Virus record (IMG/VR): IMGVR_UViG_3300030099_004448
Coordinates: 124,001 to 188,000 of that record
Reading direction: 5' to 3' (one strand)
DNA length: 64,000 nucleotides
Positions 8,329-18,643 of the stretch are shown here, piece by piece. Below the pieces are notes generated by a model. The model was not told the origin of the DNA and did no database searches. It saw only the letters and a program-made list of their open reading frames with translations. Position numbers and translations under genes: made by a program. Position 1 is the first letter of the stretch. Each line of letters starts with the position of its first letter.

Positions 8329-10652
8329 TCTTGGACTCTGATTGTTATATCACCAGTGAATGTGATACCATCTCCACCACCATCAATCAATTTGGTTTCG
8401 TCGGGTTCTGATCCTGTTGGAGCATCCCAAATAACAGGTGCATCACTGCCTTGGAGGGTGTATGGATCCGTCCATAACGAACTCGTATAATCTGAACCAC
8501 CCTCAACACCAGAATACACTGTAGATGTTCCTGCGGAATCTGTGCTTCCCGCAAGAGGTCCATTCAAAGCCGTCTTGAACCAGTGTTTCATATCTGCCCA
8601 GGTCCAATTTCTATTGTATTCAAGTTTAGTTGCCATGATACCAACAGCAATAGGAGTTGCTGAACTTGTGCCATTGAATAATCTATCTTCAGACTCTTCA
8701 GATTGCACTCCATTAAGAGTGTAATAAGCATCATACCTGTTGTAACTAGTACCCGCGTTGTCATCTGCTGCGGATAGACTGTCATCACATTGAGCAAAAA
8801 TATCAACACCGTTTCCCATGGTGCTATAAAAAGTTTTACATTGTCTATAATAAGTTGTAAATCCAACTTCACCAGAAGCATTTTTTTGCACTCCTACTTC
8901 ATCCAATGCACCGACTCCAATTCCTTTGTAGAAAGCTACTCCATTATCATCATGTCGTTTACCAATTTGTCCTGGATATCCGATCCTATTATAGAAGGGT
9001 CTGTAAGAGATTCCAGACATACTAGAATATCCTGTTCTTTTTGCATCCTCAGGAGTTTGTCCAGCAGATGCTGAATAGTAGTTATTAAAATCTGGGTGAT
9101 CACCTCTTACTACTTTTTGGTCTCTATTACCAGCAGCGTAACAGAAAATAACTCCAGATTCCACAAGTTCTCTGCCAGCTTGAAGAACAGAATTATCATA
9201 TTCATATTCGATTACTAACGTATTACTATAACCAATAAGAGGTCCTACCAAACTATTATAAAATACTCCGTTTGATCCATCTAATGGTGCTTGACCAGTT
9301 CCTGCAGAATCTCTATGATTAATATATCCACTGGTGTGAGGAGTTCTTCTATGACTCCAACTATTACTGGAAATTGTAGGATCTTTATCACCCTTTAGTG
9401 GGTTAATTGGTTTGATCTGGTGGAATACTTTTTGTAAATCAAATCCAATTTCCCAAAACACTCCAAAATCGCCATATAAATTTAGGAACCACTTATTTGC
9501 ATTATATGCCCAACCATATTGTCTACCATATGCTTGTGAAGCGCATGGAGTTCCATGAAAACCATCATTGTCTTGATATGCAGTATTACTACCGTTAGCC
9601 CTTGCTCTTGTATAATTTGTAGTTACAAGAATAGAACCAAAGTCTTCGATTGAACCTGCAACAGCAGTTCCAGTGCCTATACCTTGAGTTACAAACTTTG
9701 GCGATCTATAAGTTGTACTGTTGTTTCTCCACCAGTTTCTACCAGCTGTATCTGTAGGAACTGTAGTTCCATCCCATCTAGTTGTTAAACTGGATGGATT
9801 TGCATTAAAGAAGTCTGGGTCCAAATAATATGGAGCATCTAAAACTAAATCCAGAAGATCACATGTACCGACTGTCGTAGAGATACCACTGTTAGATAAT
9901 TTATTGCCACCAACATAATTTTGTGGAGTGTCTGAAGTAGTGAGTGTGCTAATACCCAAAGTATTTTGGAATTCAATATGACCAAACCACATATCTTGGT
10001 CGCATACAATAACGTCTACATCTTTACCAGTTCCATATTGTGGTATCTGACTACCAAGTTGAGTGTATGATCCTGTTGTAGAAGCGACTCCATCTTGGTT
10101 TGCGCCATTAGACCACCAACCACTAACCCAAGGACTTTCTTTTTGAACATGTCTCAACAGTTGCGCTGACCCTCGGTTCTTTAAATTTGAACCAGGACTA
10201 TTTGATAGATAACTATTTCGATTCGCATAACCCTGACACCAAACATTAGATGCATATCTATTTTCTTTAGTCAAACTTTCAATCAAATCATCAGGATTAT
10301 CCATATAAGTTCCTGGATATGCAGCGGCATTTATAGTTACATTTGCAACACCAGGATGATTTCTTAACTGTTCAACTTCGTCATCATCTAGTAAATAAAT
10401 TCCTCTGACATCACTGTGATTACATGCACTTGGACAGTCCACACTCCTAGATGGAATATTATCCTCAAGGGTTCCATCTTGCATTAAGATTTCATGAACA
10501 TGTTTCCAGTCTTCTTTTGTATGACAATAAACACCATATTCTTTTTTTGCTCCCGATTCCGTTGGTTCTTTTGTGTAAGTTTCTTTTCTAGCTTCAAATG
10601 CAACTCTTCTTTGTTCCAACCAATCTTCGTAACCTGCTTCAGTAGAAATCAT
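8325..10652 (-). CDS. Subtilisin-like (S8) serine peptidase with an N-terminal propeptide-like region
   Basis: Catalytic motifs: VIVCD (Asp), FHGTPCAS (His), YAAGN (oxyanion Asn), FNGTSSATP (Ser). Confidence 0.85.
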   Translation of the reverse strand: MISTEAGYEDWLEQRRVAFEARKETYTKEPTESGAKKEYGVYCHTKEDWKHVHEILMQDGTLEDNIPSRSVDCPSACNHSDVRGIYLLDDDEVEQLRNHPGVANVTINAAAYPGTYMDNPDDLIESLTKENRYASNVWCQGYANRNSYLSNSPGSNLKNRGSAQLLRHVQKESPWVSGWWSNGANQDGVASTTGSYTQLGSQIPQYGTGKDVDVIVCDQDMWFGHIEFQNTLGISTLTTSDTPQNYVGGNKLSNSGISTTVGTCDLLDLVLDAPYYLDPDFFNANPSSLTTRWDGTTVPTDTAGRNWWRNNSTTYRSPKFVTQGIGTGTAVAGSIEDFGSILVTTNYTRARANGSNTAYQDNDGFHGTPCASQAYGRQYGWAYNANKWFLNLYGDFGVFWEIGFDLQKVFHQIKPINPLKGDKDPTISSNSWSHRRTPHTSGYINHRDSAGTGQAPLDGSNGVFYNSLVGPLIGYSNTLVIEYEYDNSVLQAGRELVESGVIFCYAAGNRDQKVVRGDHPDFNNYYSASAGQTPEDAKRTGYSSMSGISYRPFYNRIGYPGQIGKRHDDNGVAFYKGIGVGALDEVGVQKNASGEVGFTTYYRQCKTFYSTMGNGVDIFAQCDDSLSAADDNAGTSYNRYDAYYTLNGVQSEESEDRLFNGTSSATPIAVGIMATKLEYNRNWTWADMKHWFKTALNGPLAGSTDSAGTSTVYSGVEGGSDYTSSLWTDPYTLQGSDAPVIWDAPTGSEPDETKLIDGGGDGITFTGDITIRVQE

Positions 10653-10664
10653 TTCTTACCCTCC

Positions 10665-13600
10665 TCAAAGCATTTTGTTTGCACTGAATCTGTAAGTAGT
10701 AACTCCAGATATTCCAGTTAAAGGAACTAAGTTCACTTGAATTTGACCTGCAGCAACAGAAACTGATATATCTGCTATTCGATTTGGTTCATACATTACT
10801 CCATATTCCGATACATATGCGGTTGTTCCCACACCCATCACTAGTGCTTTTTGTGCCTGATAGTTATTACCATTGATGATGTGTATTGTGTATTCTGCTG
10901 TTACGAAATCATCAACGTAAACATCCATTTCATGAGGTGTTCCTGCAGAGGCTGTGAACGATGATGATGCAACTCCACTACCCTGATATACAGAGTTCTT
11001 GACTTGTAATACAGCATCGCCAACTGGATTTGTAGTTCCTAGACCGATTGATCCACCACCATCAACCAGGGAAACACCATTCGTAGCTGTGTTGAACAAA
11101 AGTCCTGCGTCGGGTATTGCCCAAGCACCATCACCCCTGAGGAATGTAGAACTGCTTGGAGTTCCACTAGATGCAAGTCTGTTTACACCAACTGTACCAG
11201 AAGCGAGGGCGCCAGCATTTAAGTTTGTGATAGAAGAACCATCACCACTTAGAGTACTTGCAGTTAGTCCAGTGCAATTAAGGTTTGTGGTTTGTAGGAT
11301 ATTGGAGAGTGGATTGAAATAAAGGACACCACTATCAACTTCAAGTTCTCTGTAACCACCACCAGACTGAGTATCTCTTAAGAATGGGATTAGTTTATTT
11401 TCATTATTGTCTGTAGATTCATAGATGTAAGAGAACGTTGTTGATCCAATACCAGCGCCGCCAGTCTGATCTGTCACCCAAGCATAATCAGAACCATTCC
11501 AACTTAAGATCTGATTGGTAGTTGCAGTGCCAACATTAAGGTGAGTATCTACGTCATTATTTGTGAAGGAACCGCCTCCACCTTCACCAGCAGAGTATCC
11601 TATGATCTGAGATGTGGTGATACCAGTTATTTGTGAACCAATACCAATGAACTCTGTTGCGGAAAGAGTTCCAGTGACTGTCGCGCCAATACTAGTGGTT
11701 TCTAATTTCTTAGAACCATTCCACCAAAGTTCTACAGATCCACCCGAATTAAATACACCTAAATTGACATCGCTAGGATTTTTAATCTGAAGAGAACTAC
11801 TCTTTATTATCAAAGAACCTGCGCCAGTTTCCTCAATGTAACTTGTAGATCCATCACTGTAAATTTCTAATTCTATACTGTCACCAAATCTTAATCTATC
11901 ATTATTCCCAAGAGATATGCTAGAACTGAATGATACATTACTAGTAAATGTAGAATCACCACTAACGTTTAGACGATTAAAGGAAGAAGATCCCGTGGTA
12001 GCAATACCAACTATACCAGTAATAAAACCAGCATCATTGATTAACTCACTTGTACTAGTAGCTGAGGTTGTAATATATCCAGCAGCCCCATGATCTCCCC
12101 AACTGTAAGAAGTATCCCAATTAGAAATTTGTGTGGGTGTAATTGTTGATGCGGTTCCTGTATATGATGGAACTGTTACTGTTGCAATATCTCCAGTTAC
12201 TGATGCAGTGATTCCAGTACCCACAAAGTTTAGAGTTTTTGCAGATCCTACTAGAGATCCCTCATCCCTAATACTGAGAGATACGTCAGTTGCTGCAACT
12301 CCTGTGAGTCCAGAACCGTCTCCAACAAAATTGGTTGCAGTAATAATACCAGTGATGTTTTGATTACCAGTCTGAGTTAAGTCAGCCGTAATTTCTACTT
12401 CATTAGTAAACGAATCGAGAATAAGGTTTCCTGATTGGGTAGTAATTCTATTTGTTTGATTACCTGCTATAATGAGATTGCCAGCATCAACTCTAGGTGC
12501 GCTTATGTCATTGAGTGCTAGATCTATGCCACCACTCATGGTGACAATTCCAGTGAATGTAGTTCCTCCCGTGGTTACAAATCCAACTGTTGCATTATTG
12601 ACATAACCTTCAGATGCAAGTCCTGCGACAATACCAGATGTTACAAAACCTGCATTGTTTGTTAGATCGCTGGTGTCTGATGGAATGGTAGGTTTATCTT
12701 GTAAATCAACATAACTACCAGAGAAAGTCTTGATACCAATTTGAGTATCAACATAGTTTGTAACGTATGCAGTGGTTGTGAATCCTCTACTTAAAACATA
12801 ACCATCCGTCACAAAACCAACGATTGCATTGTTCACATACCCCGTGGTCGCCATGCCAACAATGGCATTATCAACATAACCTTCGGATGCGAGACCTACG
12901 ATAGAAGTTGTTGTGGCGTATCCTGTGAGGTTTGGTGGGGTATATTCAAATACACCTGTTACCTGATTATATGTAAGTCCTGCAGAACCTGGTGAGTTTT
13001 GAGTTACAGATAGATCGGAGTATCCTATACCTGCTCCACCAGATCCTCCGATATCTGCAGCAGCCTGCCAAGTGTCACCAGACCATTTGAGAACATGTCC
13101 AATTGTTGGTGATGGTGCGTTTACATCATTCAGATCACTGATCTGTGTGGGGATACCTGGTCTGCCAGATAGGTCACTATATGCACCAGAGAAAGTTCTG
13201 ATACCGATTTGAGCATCGACATAAGTTATTGCAGCATAGTTGCCGATATTACTGATGTTTAATGTTGTAATTCCAGTAATTCCAGAACCATCACCAATGA
13301 GTGATGTTGCGGTAAGAACGCCGAGATTGATTCCCTTAGTTGTACTATTACCAAGTCCTAGAACATCATCGATGGTTTGAGTTTCAGTATATGATGTGAG
13401 ATAACCAACCGTTGCGTGATTACCCCAGTTATATGATGCATTCCAATTATTAATATCAGCAGTTCCAATTCCTAGTGCGATTGGTGTTTCTCTTTCCCAC
13501 TTACTAGTTGAAAAATTATATCTAAGAATATTACCGTCCCACCCAGAGTCGGGGAGATCATCTAAAGTATCACTGAGATCTGTAAGTTTACTGTTAATAT

Positions 13601-14549
13601 CTAATAACTGAATCCATGCACCAGCATGTGAAAAATAACCATGTCCAGTTTCATGAACATGTGCAAACATGCCATGATATGTACTTGGACTTACTGTGTT
13701 CAGTCCACTAAGAGTTGCCCAAACGTTAGAGTAATATAGTTTATCTGCAGTAAGAGATCCTACAGTTATGTCTCTACTGGTTGAACTTCCTAAACTAACA
13801 ACATCATCTAGTGTTTGTGTCTCTGTATATGATGTGAGATATCCTGCTGCACCGTGATCTCCCCAACCATATGCACTATTCCAGTTTGTAATATCTGCGG
13901 TAGTAATTCCACTGTATGGATATGTTGGCCAAGATACTGATACTGTTGATATACCTTCACTGACAGGTGTTAGGTCCAGATTAGGACCAAAGTCTAGTTT
14001 TGTTACATCACCTATGGTTACATTATCATCGCGAACTTCGACGCCAGCTATACCTCCTCCGCCGCCAGTTCCACCTGCTCCGATGATACTTGACGCAACA
14101 GAAATATTAACTCTACCTCTACCGTCTGGAGCACTAACCTCAATATTCTCTGCAAAATTTAATTCTTTTGCAATACCTCTTCTAGTTCCATCTTCATAAA
14201 CATCAATACCTGCACTTGTTGCAGTGACATTTGTTAGTTGAGATCCATCTCCAAAGAATTGGAGAGCAGTTACAATTCCAGCAACCTCTAGATCTGTAAC
14301 TTGGATTGACTGAACTGTTGAAACACCCGTATTTGTTAGTCCAGAAACCTCAATAGATGGTGTACCTGTAAGGTTTTGTGTAAGAGTAGAAATGCCCGCA
14401 GTACTTGCATAACTGATTACGTTTGCACCATCTCCGAGGGTGTTGTAGATCTCCGTAAAATTATCATTAACCTTGGACAGACCCGTTCTTAACGGATCTC
14501 CAGTTCCATCATTGGGAGCGTTTCCTATGTTAATAACACGTTTAGACAT
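10665..14549 (-). CDS. Long tail-fibre / baseplate-associated fibre protein (1294 aa)
   Basis: N-terminal INIGNAPNDGTGDPLR...KVNDNFTEIY motif as in T4 gp9/gp10-type proteins; internal NWxxAYxWGxH and GLASEGYV repeats. Confidence 0.85.
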   Translation of the reverse strand: MSKRVINIGNAPNDGTGDPLRTGLSKVNDNFTEIYNTLGDGANVISYASTAGISTLTQNLTGTPSIEVSGLTNTGVSTVQSIQVTDLEVAGIVTALQFFGDGSQLTNVTATSAGIDVYEDGTRRGIAKELNFAENIEVSAPDGRGRVNISVASSIIGAGGTGGGGGIAGVEVRDDNVTIGDVTKLDFGPNLDLTPVSEGISTVSVSWPTYPYSGITTADITNWNSAYGWGDHGAAGYLTSYTETQTLDDVVSLGSSTSRDITVGSLTADKLYYSNVWATLSGLNTVSPSTYHGMFAHVHETGHGYFSHAGAWIQLLDINSKLTDLSDTLDDLPDSGWDGNILRYNFSTSKWERETPIALGIGTADINNWNASYNWGNHATVGYLTSYTETQTIDDVLGLGNSTTKGINLGVLTATSLIGDGSGITGITTLNISNIGNYAAITYVDAQIGIRTFSGAYSDLSGRPGIPTQISDLNDVNAPSPTIGHVLKWSGDTWQAAADIGGSGGAGIGYSDLSVTQNSPGSAGLTYNQVTGVFEYTPPNLTGYATTTSIVGLASEGYVDNAIVGMATTGYVNNAIVGFVTDGYVLSRGFTTTAYVTNYVDTQIGIKTFSGSYVDLQDKPTIPSDTSDLTNNAGFVTSGIVAGLASEGYVNNATVGFVTTGGTTFTGIVTMSGGIDLALNDISAPRVDAGNLIIAGNQTNRITTQSGNLILDSFTNEVEITADLTQTGNQNITGIITATNFVGDGSGLTGVAATDVSLSIRDEGSLVGSAKTLNFVGTGITASVTGDIATVTVPSYTGTASTITPTQISNWDTSYSWGDHGAAGYITTSATSTSELINDAGFITGIVGIATTGSSSFNRLNVSGDSTFTSNVSFSSSISLGNNDRLRFGDSIELEIYSDGSTSYIEETGAGSLIIKSSSLQIKNPSDVNLGVFNSGGSVELWWNGSKKLETTSIGATVTGTLSATEFIGIGSQITGITTSQIIGYSAGEGGGGSFTNNDVDTHLNVGTATTNQILSWNGSDYAWVTDQTGGAGIGSTTFSYIYESTDNNENKLIPFLRDTQSGGGYRELEVDSGVLYFNPLSNILQTTNLNCTGLTASTLSGDGSSITNLNAGALASGTVGVNRLASSGTPSSSTFLRGDGAWAIPDAGLLFNTATNGVSLVDGGGSIGLGTTNPVGDAVLQVKNSVYQGSGVASSSFTASAGTPHEMDVYVDDFVTAEYTIHIINGNNYQAQKALVMGVGTTAYVSEYGVMYEPNRIADISVSVAAGQIQVNLVPLTGISGVTTYRFSANKML

Positions 14550-14580
14550 TAAAACTCCGCCCTATGTCCCTATTTTATTA

Positions 14581-14601
14581 TATTTATCGTACACATAAAT
14601 A
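14581..14601. promoter_or_regulatory. Back-to-back late promoters (ATAAATA on both strands)
   Basis: TATTTAT at 14581-14587 faces the fibre gene; ATAAATA at 14595-14601 faces the small ORF and carbamoyltransferase. Confidence 0.6.
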
Positions 14602-14616
14602 AGAAAGTTCTCGATT

Positions 14617-14736
14617 ATGTTGATGAAAAAAATGATTGAAGATCTCATGGAAGTCTTCCAAGAATGGAGACAAGATAGAGCATTTAAAAAGAGATTGAAA
14701 AAACAACAGAAACGTGATCCATTTATTTACAAATGA
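14617..14736 (+). CDS. Small basic protein (39 aa) coupled to the carbamoyltransferase
   Basis: Manual translation MLMKKMIEDLMEVFQEWRQDRAFKKRLKKQQKRDPFIYK; stop overlaps the next ATG. Confidence 0.55.
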   Translation: MLMKKMIEDLMEVFQEWRQDRAFKKRLKKQQKRDPFIYK

Positions 14737-16199
14737 TGACTAGATGGGGAATCTCCGCGAATAGTCACAACGCTGCATTAAGTGTATTCGTTGGAGATCG
14801 ATTAGTCTTCGCTTCTTCAAGTGAAAGATACAGTAAACTTAAGAATGATGCTCATCTATGTAAAGCTTTAGTGGATGAGGCCATGTGGTGGGGGAAACCT
14901 CATGAGATTTATTGGTATGAAAATCCCAAACTGAAATCATATAGACAGTTTCTTGCGGGTCAAAAAGTACCTAAGGGGGAAAACAATATAAGAAAATATA
15001 TTGAAAAGTATATTGGAGATATTCCGATCCGATATACAACTCACCACAAGAGTCATGCGGCCGCAGGTTACTATACAAGTGAATTTGATAATGCTGCAGT
15101 CGTTGTATTAGACGCAATAGGAGAGTTTGAAACTTTTACTATTTGGAAAGGTCGCGGTGATAAGTTAAGGAAAGTATATTCTCAATCATATCCTTCCAGT
15201 TTGGGTTTGTGGTATTCCGCAATGACTCAACGATGTGGATTAAAACCAAATGAGGAAGAATATATTCTCATGGGCATGTCTGCATTTGGTGATCCCGATA
15301 GACTTTATAGAGAAATATTGTCAGACTTCTTTGATCTGAATAAGAATCCCTATCGGGTGAAACATAATTTACATAAAGGTTGTTCAAACTGGAGAGAAGA
15401 CCTTCATAGTCAAAAAGATATATTCGACATTGCTGCAGCGACACAGAAAGTTTATGAAAAAATACTGGAACGTGTTCTTATAAAAGCAAAATCACTAGTG
15501 AAGAGTGAAAACTTAGTGTTTATGGGTGGGTGTGCATTAAATTGTGCTGCCAATCCTATTGCATATAAATCTTTCAAAAATGTTTGGATTATGCCTGCTC
15601 CTGGTGATGATGGTAATGCTATTGGTGCAGTTCTCGCACACCATAAAAAACACATTAAATGGCCAGGTCCATACCTAGGAAAAAATCTTGGACACAATGT
15701 TAACAATGAGATGATTGTTGAAGATCTTCTTAGGAACAAATTGTGTGGTATTGCGAGAGGTCGTGCAGAGTTTGGTCCTAGGGCACTAGGAAATCGCAGT
15801 CTCATTGCAGATCCTAGAGACAAAGACATCAAGGACCAAGTTAATGAGATCAAGAAGAGAGAAACATTCAGACCATTTGCTCCTGCAATTTTAGAAGAAT
15901 TTGCGAGTGAATACTTTGACATGCCTTCAGAAAAAAGTCCTTACATGCAGTTGATTGCAAAATGTAGAAGACCAGATCTCTATCCCGCAATCGTTCATGT
16001 GGATGGTACTAGTAGAGTTCAAACTGTATCCAAAGAAGATAACCCCGAATTTAGAGAACTTCTGGAACTATGGTATGAAAAGACTGGTTGCCCGATGCTT
16101 TTAAATACTTCGTTAAATATAAAAGGAGAACCCATTCTGAATAGTAAAGATCAAATTCAAGAGTGGGAAGAAAAATACAACGTTAAAATTTGGACATGA
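14733..16199 (+). CDS. Carbamoyltransferase (NodU/CmcH/TobZ family)
   Basis: HHKSHAAAGY, DAIGE, GGCALNC, GRAEFGPRALGNRS, FRPFAP and LLNTSLN motifs. Confidence 0.95.
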   Translation: MMTRWGISANSHNAALSVFVGDRLVFASSSERYSKLKNDAHLCKALVDEAMWWGKPHEIYWYENPKLKSYRQFLAGQKVPKGENNIRKYIEKYIGDIPIRYTTHHKSHAAAGYYTSEFDNAAVVVLDAIGEFETFTIWKGRGDKLRKVYSQSYPSSLGLWYSAMTQRCGLKPNEEEYILMGMSAFGDPDRLYREILSDFFDLNKNPYRVKHNLHKGCSNWREDLHSQKDIFDIAAATQKVYEKILERVLIKAKSLVKSENLVFMGGCALNCAANPIAYKSFKNVWIMPAPGDDGNAIGAVLAHHKKHIKWPGPYLGKNLGHNVNNEMIVEDLLRNKLCGIARGRAEFGPRALGNRSLIADPRDKDIKDQVNEIKKRETFRPFAPAILEEFASEYFDMPSEKSPYMQLIAKCRRPDLYPAIVHVDGTSRVQTVSKEDNPEFRELLELWYEKTGCPMLLNTSLNIKGEPILNSKDQIQEWEEKYNVKIWT

Positions 16200-16984
16200 C
16201 AACATTAATTGCTTTCGGTGACAGTCATACTGCTGGTGCCGAAATTGAACAAAGATGGGGGCAAGGTAATATTAAAAAAGCTTACCCCGCTAAAATTGCT
16301 AATCACTATGGAATGGACTATGAAAACTATGGTCAAGTCGGTGGTAGTAACTACTGGTTGATGAAAAAGTTTATGTCCAGAGTTCAGATAGGACTCCGAA
16401 GAAACGAGAAGATGTTTATGGTCTTTGGTTTCTGTGAACCTGCAAGAAATTTTGTTAGTAGTGGTAGGGGAACTCTCCATGGAACTCCATACCTCTTAGG
16501 AAGATACCAAGAAGGTGTAGTAGAAGAACGTGAAAGAGTTAATGAAAAATTATTACGACTATACGAATACTGGTTGAGAGCACACACAGACGAAGAAGTT
16601 CATAGTATGTCTTTAGACATTATATGGCAGATTCAATGTATTTGCAAACAATACAATATTCCATATCTGTTTACCTCTGCTACTGATTTTTATTACGGCG
16701 ATTGGTCAAATATTGATCCAAGATATTACTATGGACATCATGCGACTAATAAAACAATCTATGAACCGAGTAGACCTGGTAATGTAATTGTTAGAGAACA
16801 ATATAGTTATTGGGGTGTTGCTACAAATCATCCAGATTGGAAACATTTGAAAGATACTGATCGTTGGTCTATGCACTATCCAGAAGAATATCATGAATAC
16901 TGGGCAGGTCGCCTGATCAAGTTTATTGAGGATCAGAAGATTCTTGAAGGTAAAGTTGACAAAGCCCTACAAACATCACTATAA
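16196..16984 (+). CDS. SGNH/GDSL-hydrolase-like protein
   Basis: N-terminal IAFGDSHTAG (block I), GGSN block and C-terminal HY motif; ATGA overlap with the carbamoyltransferase. Confidence 0.6.
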   Translation: MTTLIAFGDSHTAGAEIEQRWGQGNIKKAYPAKIANHYGMDYENYGQVGGSNYWLMKKFMSRVQIGLRRNEKMFMVFGFCEPARNFVSSGRGTLHGTPYLLGRYQEGVVEERERVNEKLLRLYEYWLRAHTDEEVHSMSLDIIWQIQCICKQYNIPYLFTSATDFYYGDWSNIDPRYYYGHHATNKTIYEPSRPGNVIVREQYSYWGVATNHPDWKHLKDTDRWSMHYPEEYHEYWAGRLIKFIEDQKILEGKVDKALQTSL

Positions 16985-16985
16985 T
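16956..16985 (+). promoter_or_regulatory. Sigma70-like early promoter
   Basis: TTGACA-18 nt-TATAAT; an ATAAATA late motif follows at 17006-17012. Confidence 0.6.
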
Positions 16986-17033
16986 GACTCTGTGGAGTTT
17001 CAGAAATAAATATAGCTAAACTTAAAAAGCTAT

Positions 17034-17477
17034 ATGGTTGATTATGAAAACCCTTGGATGTATGAGGGTCGTGCGTTTTTGTCGGAAGATATTGGAGATA
17101 ACTACGGGTTCGTTTATAGAATTACAAACTCTCTTAATGGTAGAGAGTATATCGGAAGAAAATATTTTGTCCAGAAGCGAAAACCAAAAGGTGGTAAACG
17201 TAAAGTTACCTCAGAGTCTGACTGGAAGAAGTACTATGGGTCTTGCCCAGAACTGAAAGAGGATATAAAGAAGTACGGGAAACAGAACTTTTCTCGCCAG
17301 ATTCTGAGTATACATACTACACTAGGAAAGGTGAACTACGAGGAAACCCGTCAGTTGTTCGTTCAAGGTGTCTTGACCGAATCGCTTGACAACGGCGTCC
17401 CAAGGTTCTACAATTCTAATGTTCTCGGCCGTTACTACAGGAAGGACTACTTTCATGGAACAAGATCTGATGAATGA
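17034..17477 (+). CDS. GIY-YIG endonuclease (T4 DenA/Seg-like)
   Basis: GFVYRITN...YIGRK motif and YYGS. Confidence 0.85.
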   Translation: MVDYENPWMYEGRAFLSEDIGDNYGFVYRITNSLNGREYIGRKYFVQKRKPKGGKRKVTSESDWKKYYGSCPELKEDIKKYGKQNFSRQILSIHTTLGKVNYEETRQLFVQGVLTESLDNGVPRFYNSNVLGRYYRKDYFHGTRSDE

Positions 17478-17598
17478 GACCCAGCTTCTCAAGGACAGTA
17501 TCATTGATCGCATCCATGACCTAGTGGCTATGGGTGACTATCTGAACGCTTGTGCTGTTTATGAAGAATTCAAAGAATCGTTTGAGGAACTTATCTGA
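17470..17598 (+). CDS. Small hypothetical protein
   Basis: ATG at 17470 (MNETQLLKDSIID...). Confidence 0.5.
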   Translation: MNETQLLKDSIIDRIHDLVAMGDYLNACAVYEEFKESFEELI

Positions 17599-17599
17599 C

Positions 17600-18199
17600 A
17601 TGTTAATGAACACCATTTTTGTTGGTGGAACTGGACTTCTTTCAGCTTTCATCATTACTAATACTAATACTACTCCTCCAGCTGAATTTGACCCATCATC
17701 AGCAGTAGAAATCCCTGTAGTAGAATTCAAAGTACCAGAATGGAAGTGCCCTGATTGTACACCAGAAGAACAGTATGTCCTCTCAGAACTCCAAGAACAC
17801 ACCCGAATCACAGATCGTAATGCTCTTGCTACGATTATGGGAAACATTAAACAGGAAAGCAAGTTTATTTCCAACATATGCGAGGGAGGGGCTCGAGTTT
17901 CTTACAGGGATTGCCTTAGCGGTGGTTATGGTCTTATTCAGTGGACCTCAATAGGACGCTATAATAACCTCGGTAAGTTCTGTAATAACTATGGGTGTGA
18001 TCCTAGCACCTTGGAAGGCCAAACTCGTTACATGATTAACGAAAGTGTCTTCCAACGCTATCTGCCTGAGTTTGAAGGTAGTGGTAAAACGGTAGATCAG
18101 TATATGGTTCCCGCATATTACTGGTTGGGTTGGGGTATTGAAGGAAGTAGGAGAAATTACTCATATAACTATACTAAGAGGTTGGTACTCGAAACATGA
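17600..18199 (+). CDS. Lysozyme-like cell-wall hydrolase (phage tail lysozyme type) with an N-terminal TM
   Basis: ATIMGNIKQES (catalytic Glu) and GYGLIQWT motifs. Confidence 0.75.
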   Translation: MLMNTIFVGGTGLLSAFIITNTNTTPPAEFDPSSAVEIPVVEFKVPEWKCPDCTPEEQYVLSELQEHTRITDRNALATIMGNIKQESKFISNICEGGARVSYRDCLSGGYGLIQWTSIGRYNNLGKFCNNYGCDPSTLEGQTRYMINESVFQRYLPEFEGSGKTVDQYMVPAYYWLGWGIEGSRRNYSYNYTKRLVLET

Positions 18200-18618
18200 T
18201 TTTGCGCGCCATTAAAGAACTCCTTTCTTCAAAAAAATTTGAAGAAGAGAAAGTTGAATGTTCAGTTGATGAGGAAACAGTTCCTTGCGACACACTAGAA
18301 GATGTATTTTTCAGTCCAGAAGCACAGGGTAGTTGGACGGGTGTTCCTGCACCCGCATACCTTGAAGACGATCCATGGTTTGGTTCTGCGCCTACTCTTA
18401 CAGAGAAACAAGAGGAGTTCAAGGCAGAATCAGAGGCATTCAAAGCAGAGGCTTTGAAATATTATGGTGAACAGACCAATGAACCAGAAAACATCCATGA
18501 AGTGATGTATCAGATGTCTACAAGTAGTGGTGAAACCACTGTTCAACGAGATCCTATCGGTGGTTCTGAGACATTTCAGGAAGGTCCAGGTGGTTGGCAA
18601 TCAGGTGTTGGTCGTTGA
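18196..18618 (+). CDS. Acidic hypothetical protein
   Basis: ORF overlapping the previous stop. Confidence 0.65.
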   Translation: MILRAIKELLSSKKFEEEKVECSVDEETVPCDTLEDVFFSPEAQGSWTGVPAPAYLEDDPWFGSAPTLTEKQEEFKAESEAFKAEALKYYGEQTNEPENIHEVMYQMSTSSGETTVQRDPIGGSETFQEGPGGWQSGVGR

Positions 18619-18643
18619 CAGACCCCATCCCTGGTGGTATACT
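18615..18643 (+). promoter_or_regulatory. Sigma70-like promoter for the tRNA region
   Basis: TTGACA-17 nt-TATACT with a TGG extension. Confidence 0.75.

Noticed and set aside
12065-13890. Repeats in the fibre gene as a possible CRISPR array or DGR template/variable repeat
   Set aside because: The repeats are degenerate, in-frame protein modules without constant spacing. Differences are not adenine-specific, and no reverse transcriptase or cas gene is in the window.
17034-17477. GIY-YIG gene as an intron-encoded or mobile homing endonuclease
   Set aside because: It is a short single-domain protein, not inside an interrupted gene, and has no intron structure around it; more consistent with a resident DenA-like nuclease.
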